A stretch of 39,452 nt of DNA. Origin: a virus. The stretch spans positions 1-39,452 of IMG/VR virus record IMGVR_UViG_3300043392_000021; one strand, given 5' to 3'. Numbering within the stretch: the first letter of the stretch is position 1; each line of letters starts with the position of its first letter. This document shows positions 24,348 to 32,189 of this stretch, piece by piece. The notes beneath the pieces were generated by a model. It saw only the letters and a list, made by a program, of their open reading frames with translations. It was not told the origin of the DNA and made no database searches. Both the position numbers and the translations under genes were made by a program.

Positions 24348-24860
24348 ATGGTCGCCCCTACAGCCTACGCAAAACACCGTGGCGTGAGCCTGCAGGCGGT
24401 CATGAAGGCCATCCACGAGGGCCGCCTGGTCGAGTCCGTCACGCGCCGCGAGTCCGGCCGCTACGACGTGGACCCGGTGAAGGCCGACGCCGAATGGTCG
24501 GCCAACACCGACAGCGGCCAGGGCGCACCTGCCCACCTAGCGAACCGCCCGGCAGCCGAGCCGGACGACATCGAGGCCGAGGACGGCCAGCCCATCACCT
24601 ACGCCGAGGCCCGCGCCCAGCATGAACGGTTCAAGGCGCGCCTAGCGCAGCTGGAACTGGAGCAGCGCGAGGGCAAGCTGGTCGAGGCCGACGCGGTGCG
24701 CCGCGAGGCGTTCCGGGTGGCGCGCATTGTGCGCGACGCGCTGCTGAACCTACCCGACCGGGTGGCCGGTGAACTGGCCGCCGAAACCAACCAATTCAAG
24801 GTCCACCAGCGCCTGGTGCAGGAGATCCGCCGCGCGCTGGAGGACCTGAAACTAGAATGA
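24348..24860 (+). CDS. Terminase small subunit (Nu1-like)
   Basis: ATG 24348 (the track start 24342 is TTG). N-terminal HTH-like YAKHRGVSLQAVMKAIHEGRL. C-terminal ELEQREGKLVEADAVRREAFRVARIVRDALLNLPDRVA is typical of Nu1-type small terminases. ATGA overlap with the large subunit. Confidence 0.8.
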   Translation: MVAPTAYAKHRGVSLQAVMKAIHEGRLVESVTRRESGRYDVDPVKADAEWSANTDSGQGAPAHLANRPAAEPDDIEAEDGQPITYAEARAQHERFKARLAQLELEQREGKLVEADAVRREAFRVARIVRDALLNLPDRVAGELAAETNQFKVHQRLVQEIRRALEDLKLE

Positions 24861-26743
24861 ACGACGGCGCCCTGACCTACCGCCAGGCCTTTGCGGACGG
24901 CCTGCGACCAGATCCCGACTACACCGTCAGCACCTGGGCCGATGCCAACCGCATGCTGTCGCAGAAGGCATCAGCAGAGCCTGGCCCATGGCGCACAGAC
25001 CGCACACCCTACCTGGGCGAGGTGATGGACGAACTGTCGCCCAGCAGCCCCGCGCAGCGGGTGGTGCTGATGGCCGGCGCGCAGATCGGCAAGTCCGAGA
25101 CCGGCAACAACTGGCTGGGCTACGTGATCCACCACGCGCCTGGCCCGATGCTGATGGTGCAGCCGACCGTGGACACGGCCAAGCGGTTCAGCAAGCAGCG
25201 CCTGGCGCCCATGATCGAGGAAACCCCGATCCTGAAGCAGCGCATTGCCAACAACACCAGCCGCGATGCGTCCAACAGCATGATGGCCAAGGAGTTCGAC
25301 GGCGGCGTGCTGATTATCACGGGCGCGAACAGCGCGGCCGGCCTGCGGTCCATGCCCATCCGCTACCTGTTCCTGGACGAGATCGACGCCTACCCGCTGG
25401 ACGTGGACGGCGAAGGCGACCCCATCCAGCTGGCGGAGAAGCGCACCACGACGTTCGCCAGGCGCAAGGTCTACATGTGCAGCACGCCGACCATCAAGGA
25501 CGTGTCGCGCATCGAGCGTGAGTTCATGCGCAGCGACCAGCGGCGCTATTTCGTGGCGTGCCCGCACTGTGGCCACAAGCAGCATCTGCGCTGGGCGCAG
25601 CTGAAGTGGACGGACGACGACCCCGAGACGGCGGCCTATGCCTGCGAGTCCTGCGGCACGCTGATCGAGGAACGGCACAAGACCGAGATGCTGGCCGGCG
25701 GCGAGTGGCGCGCGACGGCGACGGGCGACGGCAAGACCGTCGGGTTCCACATCAACAGCCTGTATTCGCCCTTGGGCTGGAAGTCCTGGGCCGAGATCGT
25801 GGCCGAGTTCCAGCAGGCCAAGGGCGACGCGGCATTGCTCAAGACGTTCGTGAACACGGTGCTGGGCGAAACCTGGGAGGAAGAATACGCCACCAAGCTG
25901 GGCGCCGACGACCTGAAGAACCGGGTGGAGTTCTACACCGCAGGCGTCGCCCCTGCCCGCGCCCTGGTGGTGACGGCAGCCGTGGACGTCCAGGACAACC
26001 GCCTGGCGGTCAAGCTGGTGGGCTGGGGCCGCGACGAGGAAGGCTGGGTCATCGACCACATGGAGATCTACGGCGACCCGGCGCAGCCCAAGGTCTGGCA
26101 GCAGCTGGACGAGATCATCCTGAAACCCGTGGCGCATGAACTGGCGCAGCCGGTCAAGGTCATGGCCACGGCCATCGACAGCGGTGGTCACTTTACCAGC
26201 GAGGTCTACGCCTACTGCCGCGACCGGCGCCAGCACAACGTGTTTGCCATCAAGGGCCAGAGCCAGCGCGGCAAGCCGCCCATCGGGAAGCCCACCAAGG
26301 TGGACCTGAACTGGAAGGGCCGGACGATCAAGTCGGGCGCCGAGGTCTACCCGGTGGGTTCGGACACCATCAAGTCCACGATCTTCGCCAGGCTGAAGCT
26401 GAACGAGCCAGGGCCAGGCTATCTGCACTTCCACGCCGAGCTACCCAGCGACTATTTCGACCAATTGACCGCTGAAAAGCAGGTCACGCGCTACGTTAAG
26501 GGTTTTCCCGTGCGTGAATGGGTCAAGAAGTCGGGCGCGCGCAACGAGGCGCTGGACGTGATGGTCTACAACTACGCCGCCCTGCAGTGGCTATACACCC
26601 GGTTCAGCCGGCGGACGATCTGGGACCAGTTCGAGAAATCACTGAACATCACGCCAAAAACAGAGCCTGAAAACGCACCTGTGGCACAGAATAAGCCCGC
26701 CCAAGGTAAAATAAGGCGCGGCAACTTCATCGCAAACTGGTGA
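24857..26743 (+). CDS. A: Terminase large subunit (lambda gpA family)
   Basis: 628 aa. N-terminus FADGLRPDPDYTVSTWADANRML...PGPWRTDRTPYLGEVMD, P-loop-like GAQIGKSE, and zinc-ribbon CPHCGH...CESCG are typical of GpA terminases. Confidence 0.92.
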   Translation: MNDGALTYRQAFADGLRPDPDYTVSTWADANRMLSQKASAEPGPWRTDRTPYLGEVMDELSPSSPAQRVVLMAGAQIGKSETGNNWLGYVIHHAPGPMLMVQPTVDTAKRFSKQRLAPMIEETPILKQRIANNTSRDASNSMMAKEFDGGVLIITGANSAAGLRSMPIRYLFLDEIDAYPLDVDGEGDPIQLAEKRTTTFARRKVYMCSTPTIKDVSRIEREFMRSDQRRYFVACPHCGHKQHLRWAQLKWTDDDPETAAYACESCGTLIEERHKTEMLAGGEWRATATGDGKTVGFHINSLYSPLGWKSWAEIVAEFQQAKGDAALLKTFVNTVLGETWEEEYATKLGADDLKNRVEFYTAGVAPARALVVTAAVDVQDNRLAVKLVGWGRDEEGWVIDHMEIYGDPAQPKVWQQLDEIILKPVAHELAQPVKVMATAIDSGGHFTSEVYAYCRDRRQHNVFAIKGQSQRGKPPIGKPTKVDLNWKGRTIKSGAEVYPVGSDTIKSTIFARLKLNEPGPGYLHFHAELPSDYFDQLTAEKQVTRYVKGFPVREWVKKSGARNEALDVMVYNYAALQWLYTRFSRRTIWDQFEKSLNITPKTEPENAPVAQNKPAQGKIRRGNFIANW

Positions 26744-26747
26744 GAAC

Positions 26748-27302
26748 ATGAACGTCCCAGCCATCATCTATGCCGGCGACACTGTAAAGTGGAACGAGCC
26801 GGCGACTGCAGACTACAGCAGCGCCGCTGGCTGGACGGCCACGTTCGCCCTGCGCCACGCGACCGGGAACGACGCCCTGAACATCACCGGCGTGGCCGAT
26901 GGTGTCGGCGGGTGGAACTTCACGATCACGGCGGCGCAGTCGGCCGGCCTGCACGTCAACGGCCACTACTGGCAGATCGCCGTCACCAAGGACGGCGAGC
27001 GCTACACCCTGGGCACCGGCACGCTGGAGACCAAGGCGAACATCCCGGCCAGCGGCAACACCTACGACGGCCGCAGCCAGGCGCAGATCGACCTGGAGGC
27101 GGTGCGCGCTGAGATGCGCGCGCGGATCACGGGCGGCAGCGTGCAGGAATACACCATCGGCAATCGGTCGCTGAAGAAGATCCCGATGGCCGACCTGATC
27201 GCGCTGGAAACCAAGCTGAAGGCGGACGTGGCGCGCGACGCCCGCGCCGACCGCCTGGCCAAGGGCATGAACAGCGGCCGCGCCGTTTACGTGAGGTTCT
27301 GA
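26748..27302 (+). CDS. Head-tail joining gpW-like domain fused to an N-terminal beta-rich domain
   Basis: 184 aa. The C-terminal about 75 aa (QIDLEAVRAEMRARITGGSVQEYTIGNRSLKKIPMADLIALETKL...GRAVYVRF) resembles lambda gpW including its C-terminal end. The N-terminal about 105 aa has no lambda counterpart. Confidence 0.7.
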   Translation: MNVPAIIYAGDTVKWNEPATADYSSAAGWTATFALRHATGNDALNITGVADGVGGWNFTITAAQSAGLHVNGHYWQIAVTKDGERYTLGTGTLETKANIPASGNTYDGRSQAQIDLEAVRAEMRARITGGSVQEYTIGNRSLKKIPMADLIALETKLKADVARDARADRLAKGMNSGRAVYVRF

Positions 27303-27303
27303 C

Positions 27304-29025
27304 ATGGGAATTCTGGATTTCTTCAAGCGCAAGGCACCGCCTGCGCCCGCGCGTCGCCGTGGGTTTCAAGGCGCGATGTATAACCGCCTGGTGGCCGACT
27401 GGATCACGTCCAGCACCAGCATGGACGCCGAGATCCGCAAGGACCTCAAGCGCCTGCGCGACCGGTCGCGCGACCTGGTGCGCAACAACGACTACGCCCG
27501 CAGCGCCCAGCGCGCCATCACCAACAACGTGGTGGGCCAAGGCGTCAAGATGCAGGCCAGCGTCAAGATGCGGCGCGGCAACCGCATGGACGACACGACC
27601 AACGCCATGGTCGAGGCGGCCTGGGAGAAGTGGAAGCGCAAGCAGCACTGCCACACCGCTGGCGTGCTGTCGTTCAGCGACATCGAGCGCCAGCTGCTGG
27701 ACGCCATGCCGAGCGACGGCGAGATCTTCGTGCGCAAGATCCGCCAGGCCTTCGGTGGCGGCCGCGTGCCGTTCGCCCTGGAGGTCATCGAGGCCGACCG
27801 CCTGGACATCGACCTGAACGAGATGGCCAAGAACGGCAACGAGATCCGCATGGGCGTCGAGCGCGACAGCTGGGGCCGTGCGGTGGCCTATCACTTCAAG
27901 AGCGAACACCCTGGCGACTACCCGTTCGGCGCCGGCGCGGTCAGCAACAAGACCATCCGCGTGCCGGCAGATGACGTCATCCACCTGTTCAAGCAGGAGC
28001 GCCCAGGTCAGACCCGTGGCGTGCCGTGGATCGCGTCGGCCATCATGAAGATGCACCACCTGCAGGGCTACACCGAGGCCGAGGTCATCGCGGCCCGCGC
28101 CGAGGCCTGCCGCATGGGTTTCATCACGTCGCCCGAGGATGACGTCATGAAGGACGGCCAGCAGGACAGCGTGGACGTGGCGAACTTCGAGCCTGGCCTG
28201 ATCCAGCGCCTGCTGCCTGGCGAGACGTTCCAGGACAGCAAGCCCAACCGACCTGGCGGCCAGTATGAGCCGTTCGTGCGCGCCATGCTGCATTCCCTGG
28301 CCGCCGGCCTGGGCGTCAGCTACGCCACCCTGTCGCGCGACTACAGCCAGGCGAACTACAGCAGCGGCCGCCTGGCGCTGCTGGACGACCGCGACAACTG
28401 GCGCGTCCTGCAGGGCTGGCTGGTCGAGAACTTCCACCGGCCGGTTTTCGAGGAATGGCTGGACCTGGCGGTCCTGTCGGGCGAACTGCAGCTGAACGGC
28501 TACGAGGCCAACCCCGAGCCGTTCCGCGCGGTGCGCTGGATTCCGCGCGGCTGGCAGTGGGTTGACCCAGCCAAAGAGATGGCCGCCTACAAGGACGCGG
28601 TGCGCAGCGGTTTCACCACCCTGTCCGACGTCATCGCCCAGCAGGGCGGCGACATCGAGGACGTCATGCAGCAGCGCCAGCGCGAACTGCAGATGGCCCA
28701 GGACATGGACCTGGTGTTCGACACCGACCCTGGCGCCGTGGACAATAAGGGCGCCAACCAGGCCGACCCGGCAGCCGCCGCTGCGGCCGACCAGGCGCCG
28801 GCCGAGCCGCAGCGCGACATGAACATCACGGTGCAGACCGCGCCGCTGAACATCACGCTGAAAACCGACACCGAGGTCATCGAGCGCAAGCGCGACATTA
28901 AAATCGTGCGCAACGCCGACGGCATGGTCACTGGGGCCGAGGCCGTCATCGAGGGCGAACGCAAAGCAATCAGCCTGGTGAAGTGCGACCAGGGCAAAAT
29001 CACCAACACCGGAACCGAGGGTTAA
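27304..29025 (+). CDS. B: Portal protein (lambda gpB family)
   Basis: 573 aa. Sits after terminase and W. ...RLRDRSRDLVRNNDYARSAQRAITNNVVGQGVK... and SRDYSQANYSSGRLALLDDRDNW match the lambda-type portal pattern. Confidence 0.9.
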   Translation: MGILDFFKRKAPPAPARRRGFQGAMYNRLVADWITSSTSMDAEIRKDLKRLRDRSRDLVRNNDYARSAQRAITNNVVGQGVKMQASVKMRRGNRMDDTTNAMVEAAWEKWKRKQHCHTAGVLSFSDIERQLLDAMPSDGEIFVRKIRQAFGGGRVPFALEVIEADRLDIDLNEMAKNGNEIRMGVERDSWGRAVAYHFKSEHPGDYPFGAGAVSNKTIRVPADDVIHLFKQERPGQTRGVPWIASAIMKMHHLQGYTEAEVIAARAEACRMGFITSPEDDVMKDGQQDSVDVANFEPGLIQRLLPGETFQDSKPNRPGGQYEPFVRAMLHSLAAGLGVSYATLSRDYSQANYSSGRLALLDDRDNWRVLQGWLVENFHRPVFEEWLDLAVLSGELQLNGYEANPEPFRAVRWIPRGWQWVDPAKEMAAYKDAVRSGFTTLSDVIAQQGGDIEDVMQQRQRELQMAQDMDLVFDTDPGAVDNKGANQADPAAAAAADQAPAEPQRDMNITVQTAPLNITLKTDTEVIERKRDIKIVRNADGMVTGAEAVIEGERKAISLVKCDQGKITNTGTEG

Positions 29026-29028
29026 CCC

Positions 29029-29442
29029 ATGCCTATCACCACCGCCATCTGCAATTCCTACAAGCAGGAAATCCTGGAGGGCGTTCACAGCAACGCCGAC
29101 ACCTACAAGCTGGCCCTGTTCACGTCGGCCGCCACCCTGGGCGCCACGACCACGGCCTACAGCACCACCAACGAGGTCAGCGGCACCGGCTACACCGCAG
29201 GCGGCGCCACACTGACGGGCCTGTCCACCGGCCTGGCCAGCGGCACGGCCTACCTGACGTTCAGCGACCCCAGCTGGGCCAGTAGCACCATCACGGCGCG
29301 CGGCTGCCTGATCTACAACGCCAGCAAGGGCAACAAGGCCGTGGCCGTGTTCGACTTTGGCGCCGACGTCACCAGCACCAATGGCACGTTCACGGTGGAC
29401 CTGCCGGCAGCCGGCGCGTCCAGCCTGGTCCGCATCGCGTAA
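29029..29442 (+). CDS. Hypothetical protein (137 aa), first gene of the head-module insertion
   Basis: Starts 3 nt after the portal stop. Thr/Ala/Gly-rich beta-type sequence (GTGYTAGGATLTGLSTG...). No protease or scaffold motifs. Confidence 0.6.
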   Translation: MPITTAICNSYKQEILEGVHSNADTYKLALFTSAATLGATTTAYSTTNEVSGTGYTAGGATLTGLSTGLASGTAYLTFSDPSWASSTITARGCLIYNASKGNKAVAVFDFGADVTSTNGTFTVDLPAAGASSLVRIA

Positions 29443-29451
29443 GAGGTCCAG

Positions 29452-30867
29452 ATGGCCATCGAAGTCAAACACGCTACACAGGCGGTCGGCACTGACGCTG
29501 GCAACGGCGAGATCCGCAAGGCGCAATGGAACGAGGGCCACAGCATCAACCTGGCAGCCAGCCGGCTGTTGGGTCGGTTCAGTGCGACCGATGGCGCGGC
29601 GCAGGAAATCAGCGTCGGGTCTGGCCTGACCCTGGACAGCAGCACTGGCGTGCTGTCGGCGTCTGGCGGTGGCGCATCTATTGCGATTGTCAGTGTTACT
29701 GCCCCCTACACAGTTACTGCGGCAGACAGCGGCAAAATTTTGAATGTCACCGCTGGCGTCACAGTGTCTTTGACGGCAGCCGCAACACTTGGCGCTGGTT
29801 TCAATTGTTGGATCTGGAACACTTCTGCTAATAACTTTGTCACGATTGACCCCAATGCGTCAGAAACGATTGACGGTGTTGCGACCTTGGACTTGAGACA
29901 AGGTGAAGGGACGCAAATTGTTTGCCTTGGCACTGAGTGGCAAACGGGCGACAAAAAAACCATGCGGAGTTACTCAGAGAATTTGAACCCAACAGTCACA
30001 AGACCGCAAGCAAACGGCGCAAACAGCATTGCACTAGGGGCAAGCAGTTCTGGTGTTGGGTCTCTTTCATTTTCTGGTTCTCTTGCAGTTAATGGCAGCA
30101 GGGCAGGTGGGACAGATTCTTTCGCCGCAATAATTGGTAACGCAACATCAAGCTACGGAACAACCAATTCAAACGCAGTTGCGATTGGGCCGCTTGCACT
30201 TGCCAGTGGAGCGTCATCAGTTGCTATCGGGCAAAGCACTAGTGTCACTGGCGGCAGTGCGCTTGGTATGCAAACCTTGCAGACCACAACGTCTGGTCTA
30301 CGCAGTGCGTCTTTTTCTTCATACTTATCGTCAAACACAGCAAACTACGGTCTTTTGCTTCCGTCCGAATCCGCCAGTGTCACACAATCGTATGGGATTG
30401 CACAAGGCTACTATGCCTTCGCTGACTCAATTGGCAAGTTTGCGCGCGGGATGCCTATTACCTGGGACAAACTTGGAGGGCATCAAATTGCATCTTTAGG
30501 ATTGGCTGCAGTCACAAGCAATTCAACGCCGGTGGTTATGACATCTAATGGCGCAGCGCCATCAACAAACAATCAGTTGGTTATACCGAACTACAATGCA
30601 ACCGCATTTAGTGGAATTATTGTTGCCCGCCAAATCTCTAGTGGAGTCAACTGCGCCGCATTTAAAATTGAAGGTCTTTTGCATCGGTTTTCAAACACTA
30701 CGACCCTAGTGGCAAGCACGGTAACGGCAATCAGCAACACGCCTGGCTGGGTAGTGTCTTTGGCGGCAGATACCACAAACAGGGCATTGGCAATTAGCGT
30801 GACTGGAGCAGCTGCGGCAACAGTTCGATGGATTGCAAACATCAGCACCGCAGAAGTTGGTTTTTAA
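29452..30867 (+). CDS. Fibre/adhesin-like protein (471 aa) with a composition break after about 65 codons
   Basis: AAGAGG ribosome-binding site. N-terminus ...WNEGHSINLAASRLLGRFSATDGAAQEISVGSGLTLDSSTGVLSA. Central repeats NSIALGASSSG / NAVAIGPLALASG / SSVAIGQSTSVTG are reminiscent of YadA-head/Hep_Hag repeats. Ser/Thr/Ala/Asn-rich throughout. From about 29650 on, the DNA is visibly more A/T-rich. Confidence 0.65.
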   Translation: MAIEVKHATQAVGTDAGNGEIRKAQWNEGHSINLAASRLLGRFSATDGAAQEISVGSGLTLDSSTGVLSASGGGASIAIVSVTAPYTVTAADSGKILNVTAGVTVSLTAAATLGAGFNCWIWNTSANNFVTIDPNASETIDGVATLDLRQGEGTQIVCLGTEWQTGDKKTMRSYSENLNPTVTRPQANGANSIALGASSSGVGSLSFSGSLAVNGSRAGGTDSFAAIIGNATSSYGTTNSNAVAIGPLALASGASSVAIGQSTSVTGGSALGMQTLQTTTSGLRSASFSSYLSSNTANYGLLLPSESASVTQSYGIAQGYYAFADSIGKFARGMPITWDKLGGHQIASLGLAAVTSNSTPVVMTSNGAAPSTNNQLVIPNYNATAFSGIIVARQISSGVNCAAFKIEGLLHRFSNTTTLVASTVTAISNTPGWVVSLAADTTNRALAISVTGAAAATVRWIANISTAEVGF

Positions 30868-30876
30868 GGGAACATC

Positions 30877-31179
30877 ATGGCTATTGAACACAACGTTGAA
30901 AATTCTCAATACGGCATTGCATTTAATAATGCCTATTTCCGAATTGATACCGCAATGATTTTGCGGTGGCCTACGCCGAAGGATTCCAAGCATTTCGTTT
31001 CTCTTGACCTTTATTGTTTTGCAACAAAGCCTTTGGATCAAAACACGGTTCCTTTGAATGTCCAAAAGTTGCACGCGCCGCTTGAAGAAGTCGAAGCGCA
31101 AGACGGCGGGAATTTTTTGGCGAAATGCTATGCCTGGGTCATGACCCAGCCTGACATGGCCGGGTCTGTGTCGGTCTGA
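30877..31179 (+). CDS. Hypothetical protein (100 aa), A/T-richer
   Basis: AAGGGA ribosome-binding site. Shares the atypical composition of the upstream gene's 3' part. Confidence 0.55.
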   Translation: MAIEHNVENSQYGIAFNNAYFRIDTAMILRWPTPKDSKHFVSLDLYCFATKPLDQNTVPLNVQKLHAPLEEVEAQDGGNFLAKCYAWVMTQPDMAGSVSV

Positions 31180-31196
31180 CAAAGTAAGGCAAAGCC

Positions 31197-32114
31197 GTGG
31201 CAACGTTTGATTCCGGCATTTTCGACACTGGCATCTTTGACACGTTTGTCAGCGTCAGCGCCGTGGCCAGCGTCACTGGTGCCCAGGTCGCAAGCCAAGC
31301 AGCAACGGTGCAGGGCCTGGGCGGCGCAACAGGCCAAGCGCTTGGCGGCGAGGCGACGTCAGCGGCCGGTGCGGTTTCTGCATTTGTCCAGATCAACGCC
31401 ACAGCAAGTGTCACTGGCGCTCAAGCCGCGGGTGCGGCCGGCATTGTCACGGCTACGGCCACCGCGTCAGGCACCGCAGCCGTGTCCGGTGCCCAGGCAT
31501 CGACCAGCGCTGGCGCCGCGTCTGTCAGCGGCCAAGCGAACATCGCAGTCAGCGGCACACAGATCACCAGCACGACTGGAACGGCAGCTGGCATCACGTC
31601 GGCATCCGTCAGCATTGCTGGCGCCCAAGCCGCCGCCACCGCCGGCACCGTCATCGCCCTGGGCACCGGATCTGGCGTGGGCACTGTCGCAGGCGCCCAG
31701 GCATCCACGGCCACCGGCCAGGCCGCAGCAGCTGGCCAGGCCAACATCACCGCCACGGGCATCCAGGTCACCATCACCACCGGCACGGTCGGCGTCAGCC
31801 TGTCGGCCACCGTCAGCCTGGCTGGTGCCGAGGCGCGCGCCGCAGCTGGCCAGGTCACCGCGAACGACGGATCTGCCAAGCCTGGCGTGCGCGTGGTGGA
31901 CTATGCCCCGCGTTTCGTCACCAAGAAGGACGCCAAGGCGCGCGTGGTGCCGGTCGAGGCATTGGCCACGGCCGGCCGCGTCGAGGCATTCGGCCAGCGC
32001 AACGTGGTCGCGCGGACTACCTGCGCGCATTCGCGCCTGGTGCGCGGTCGCGTGCGCGGACGTGGCGTGCAGAACCCATCCGACGAGGACATCGCGCTGC
32101 TGCTGGCCCTGTAA
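31197..32114 (+). CDS. Tandem-repeat Ala/Gly/Thr-rich protein (305 aa)
   Basis: GTG start. N-terminus FDSGIFDTGIFDTF, then about nine degenerate roughly 22-aa repeats of type A.(V/I)(S/T)G(A/T)Q(A/I).(S/T).(A/T)G.(A/V). Basic C-terminal region ending NPSDEDIALLLAL. Confidence 0.65.
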   Translation: MATFDSGIFDTGIFDTFVSVSAVASVTGAQVASQAATVQGLGGATGQALGGEATSAAGAVSAFVQINATASVTGAQAAGAAGIVTATATASGTAAVSGAQASTSAGAASVSGQANIAVSGTQITSTTGTAAGITSASVSIAGAQAAATAGTVIALGTGSGVGTVAGAQASTATGQAAAAGQANITATGIQVTITTGTVGVSLSATVSLAGAEARAAAGQVTANDGSAKPGVRVVDYAPRFVTKKDAKARVVPVEALATAGRVEAFGQRNVVARTTCAHSRLVRGRVRGRGVQNPSDEDIALLLAL

Positions 32115-32124
32115 GTCAGCGTTT

Positions 32125-32153
32125 TTCACGCTTTGCCGACTTGGCGTTATAAT
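32125..32153 (+). promoter_or_regulatory. Possible sigma70-type promoter upstream of the protease-capsid gene
   Basis: TTCACG, a 17-nt spacer, then TATAAT (perfect -10), read directly. Confidence 0.3.
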
Positions 32154-32189
32154 TTCATCAGCGGACAATCCGGAAAACCTGGGGACCCT

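Noticed and set aside
27127-29541. 804-aa minus-strand ORF antisense to the portal gene. Similar long antisense or off-frame ORFs: 3133-4800, 3740-5017, 5549-6484, 11098-12339, 15161-16507, 24971-26434, 34863-35969, 37674-38960.
   Set aside because: Their translations are Arg/Gly/Ala/Pro-rich low-complexity sequences typical of shadow frames in high-GC DNA. Each lies fully inside a gene with strong family motifs on the other strand or frame. None has coupling, a ribosome-binding site or recognisable motifs.
32133-32189. TTG start of the protease-capsid ORF given in the track. Similar upstream-extended starts: 8063, 8377, 15137, 16261, 16719, 18007, 18660, 19018, 24342.
   Set aside because: The extensions overlap upstream genes or promoter-like sequence and encode non-conserved peptides. 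The internal ATG or GTG codons chosen give start/stop coupling or a Shine-Dalgarno sequence, and N-termini matching the family pattern.
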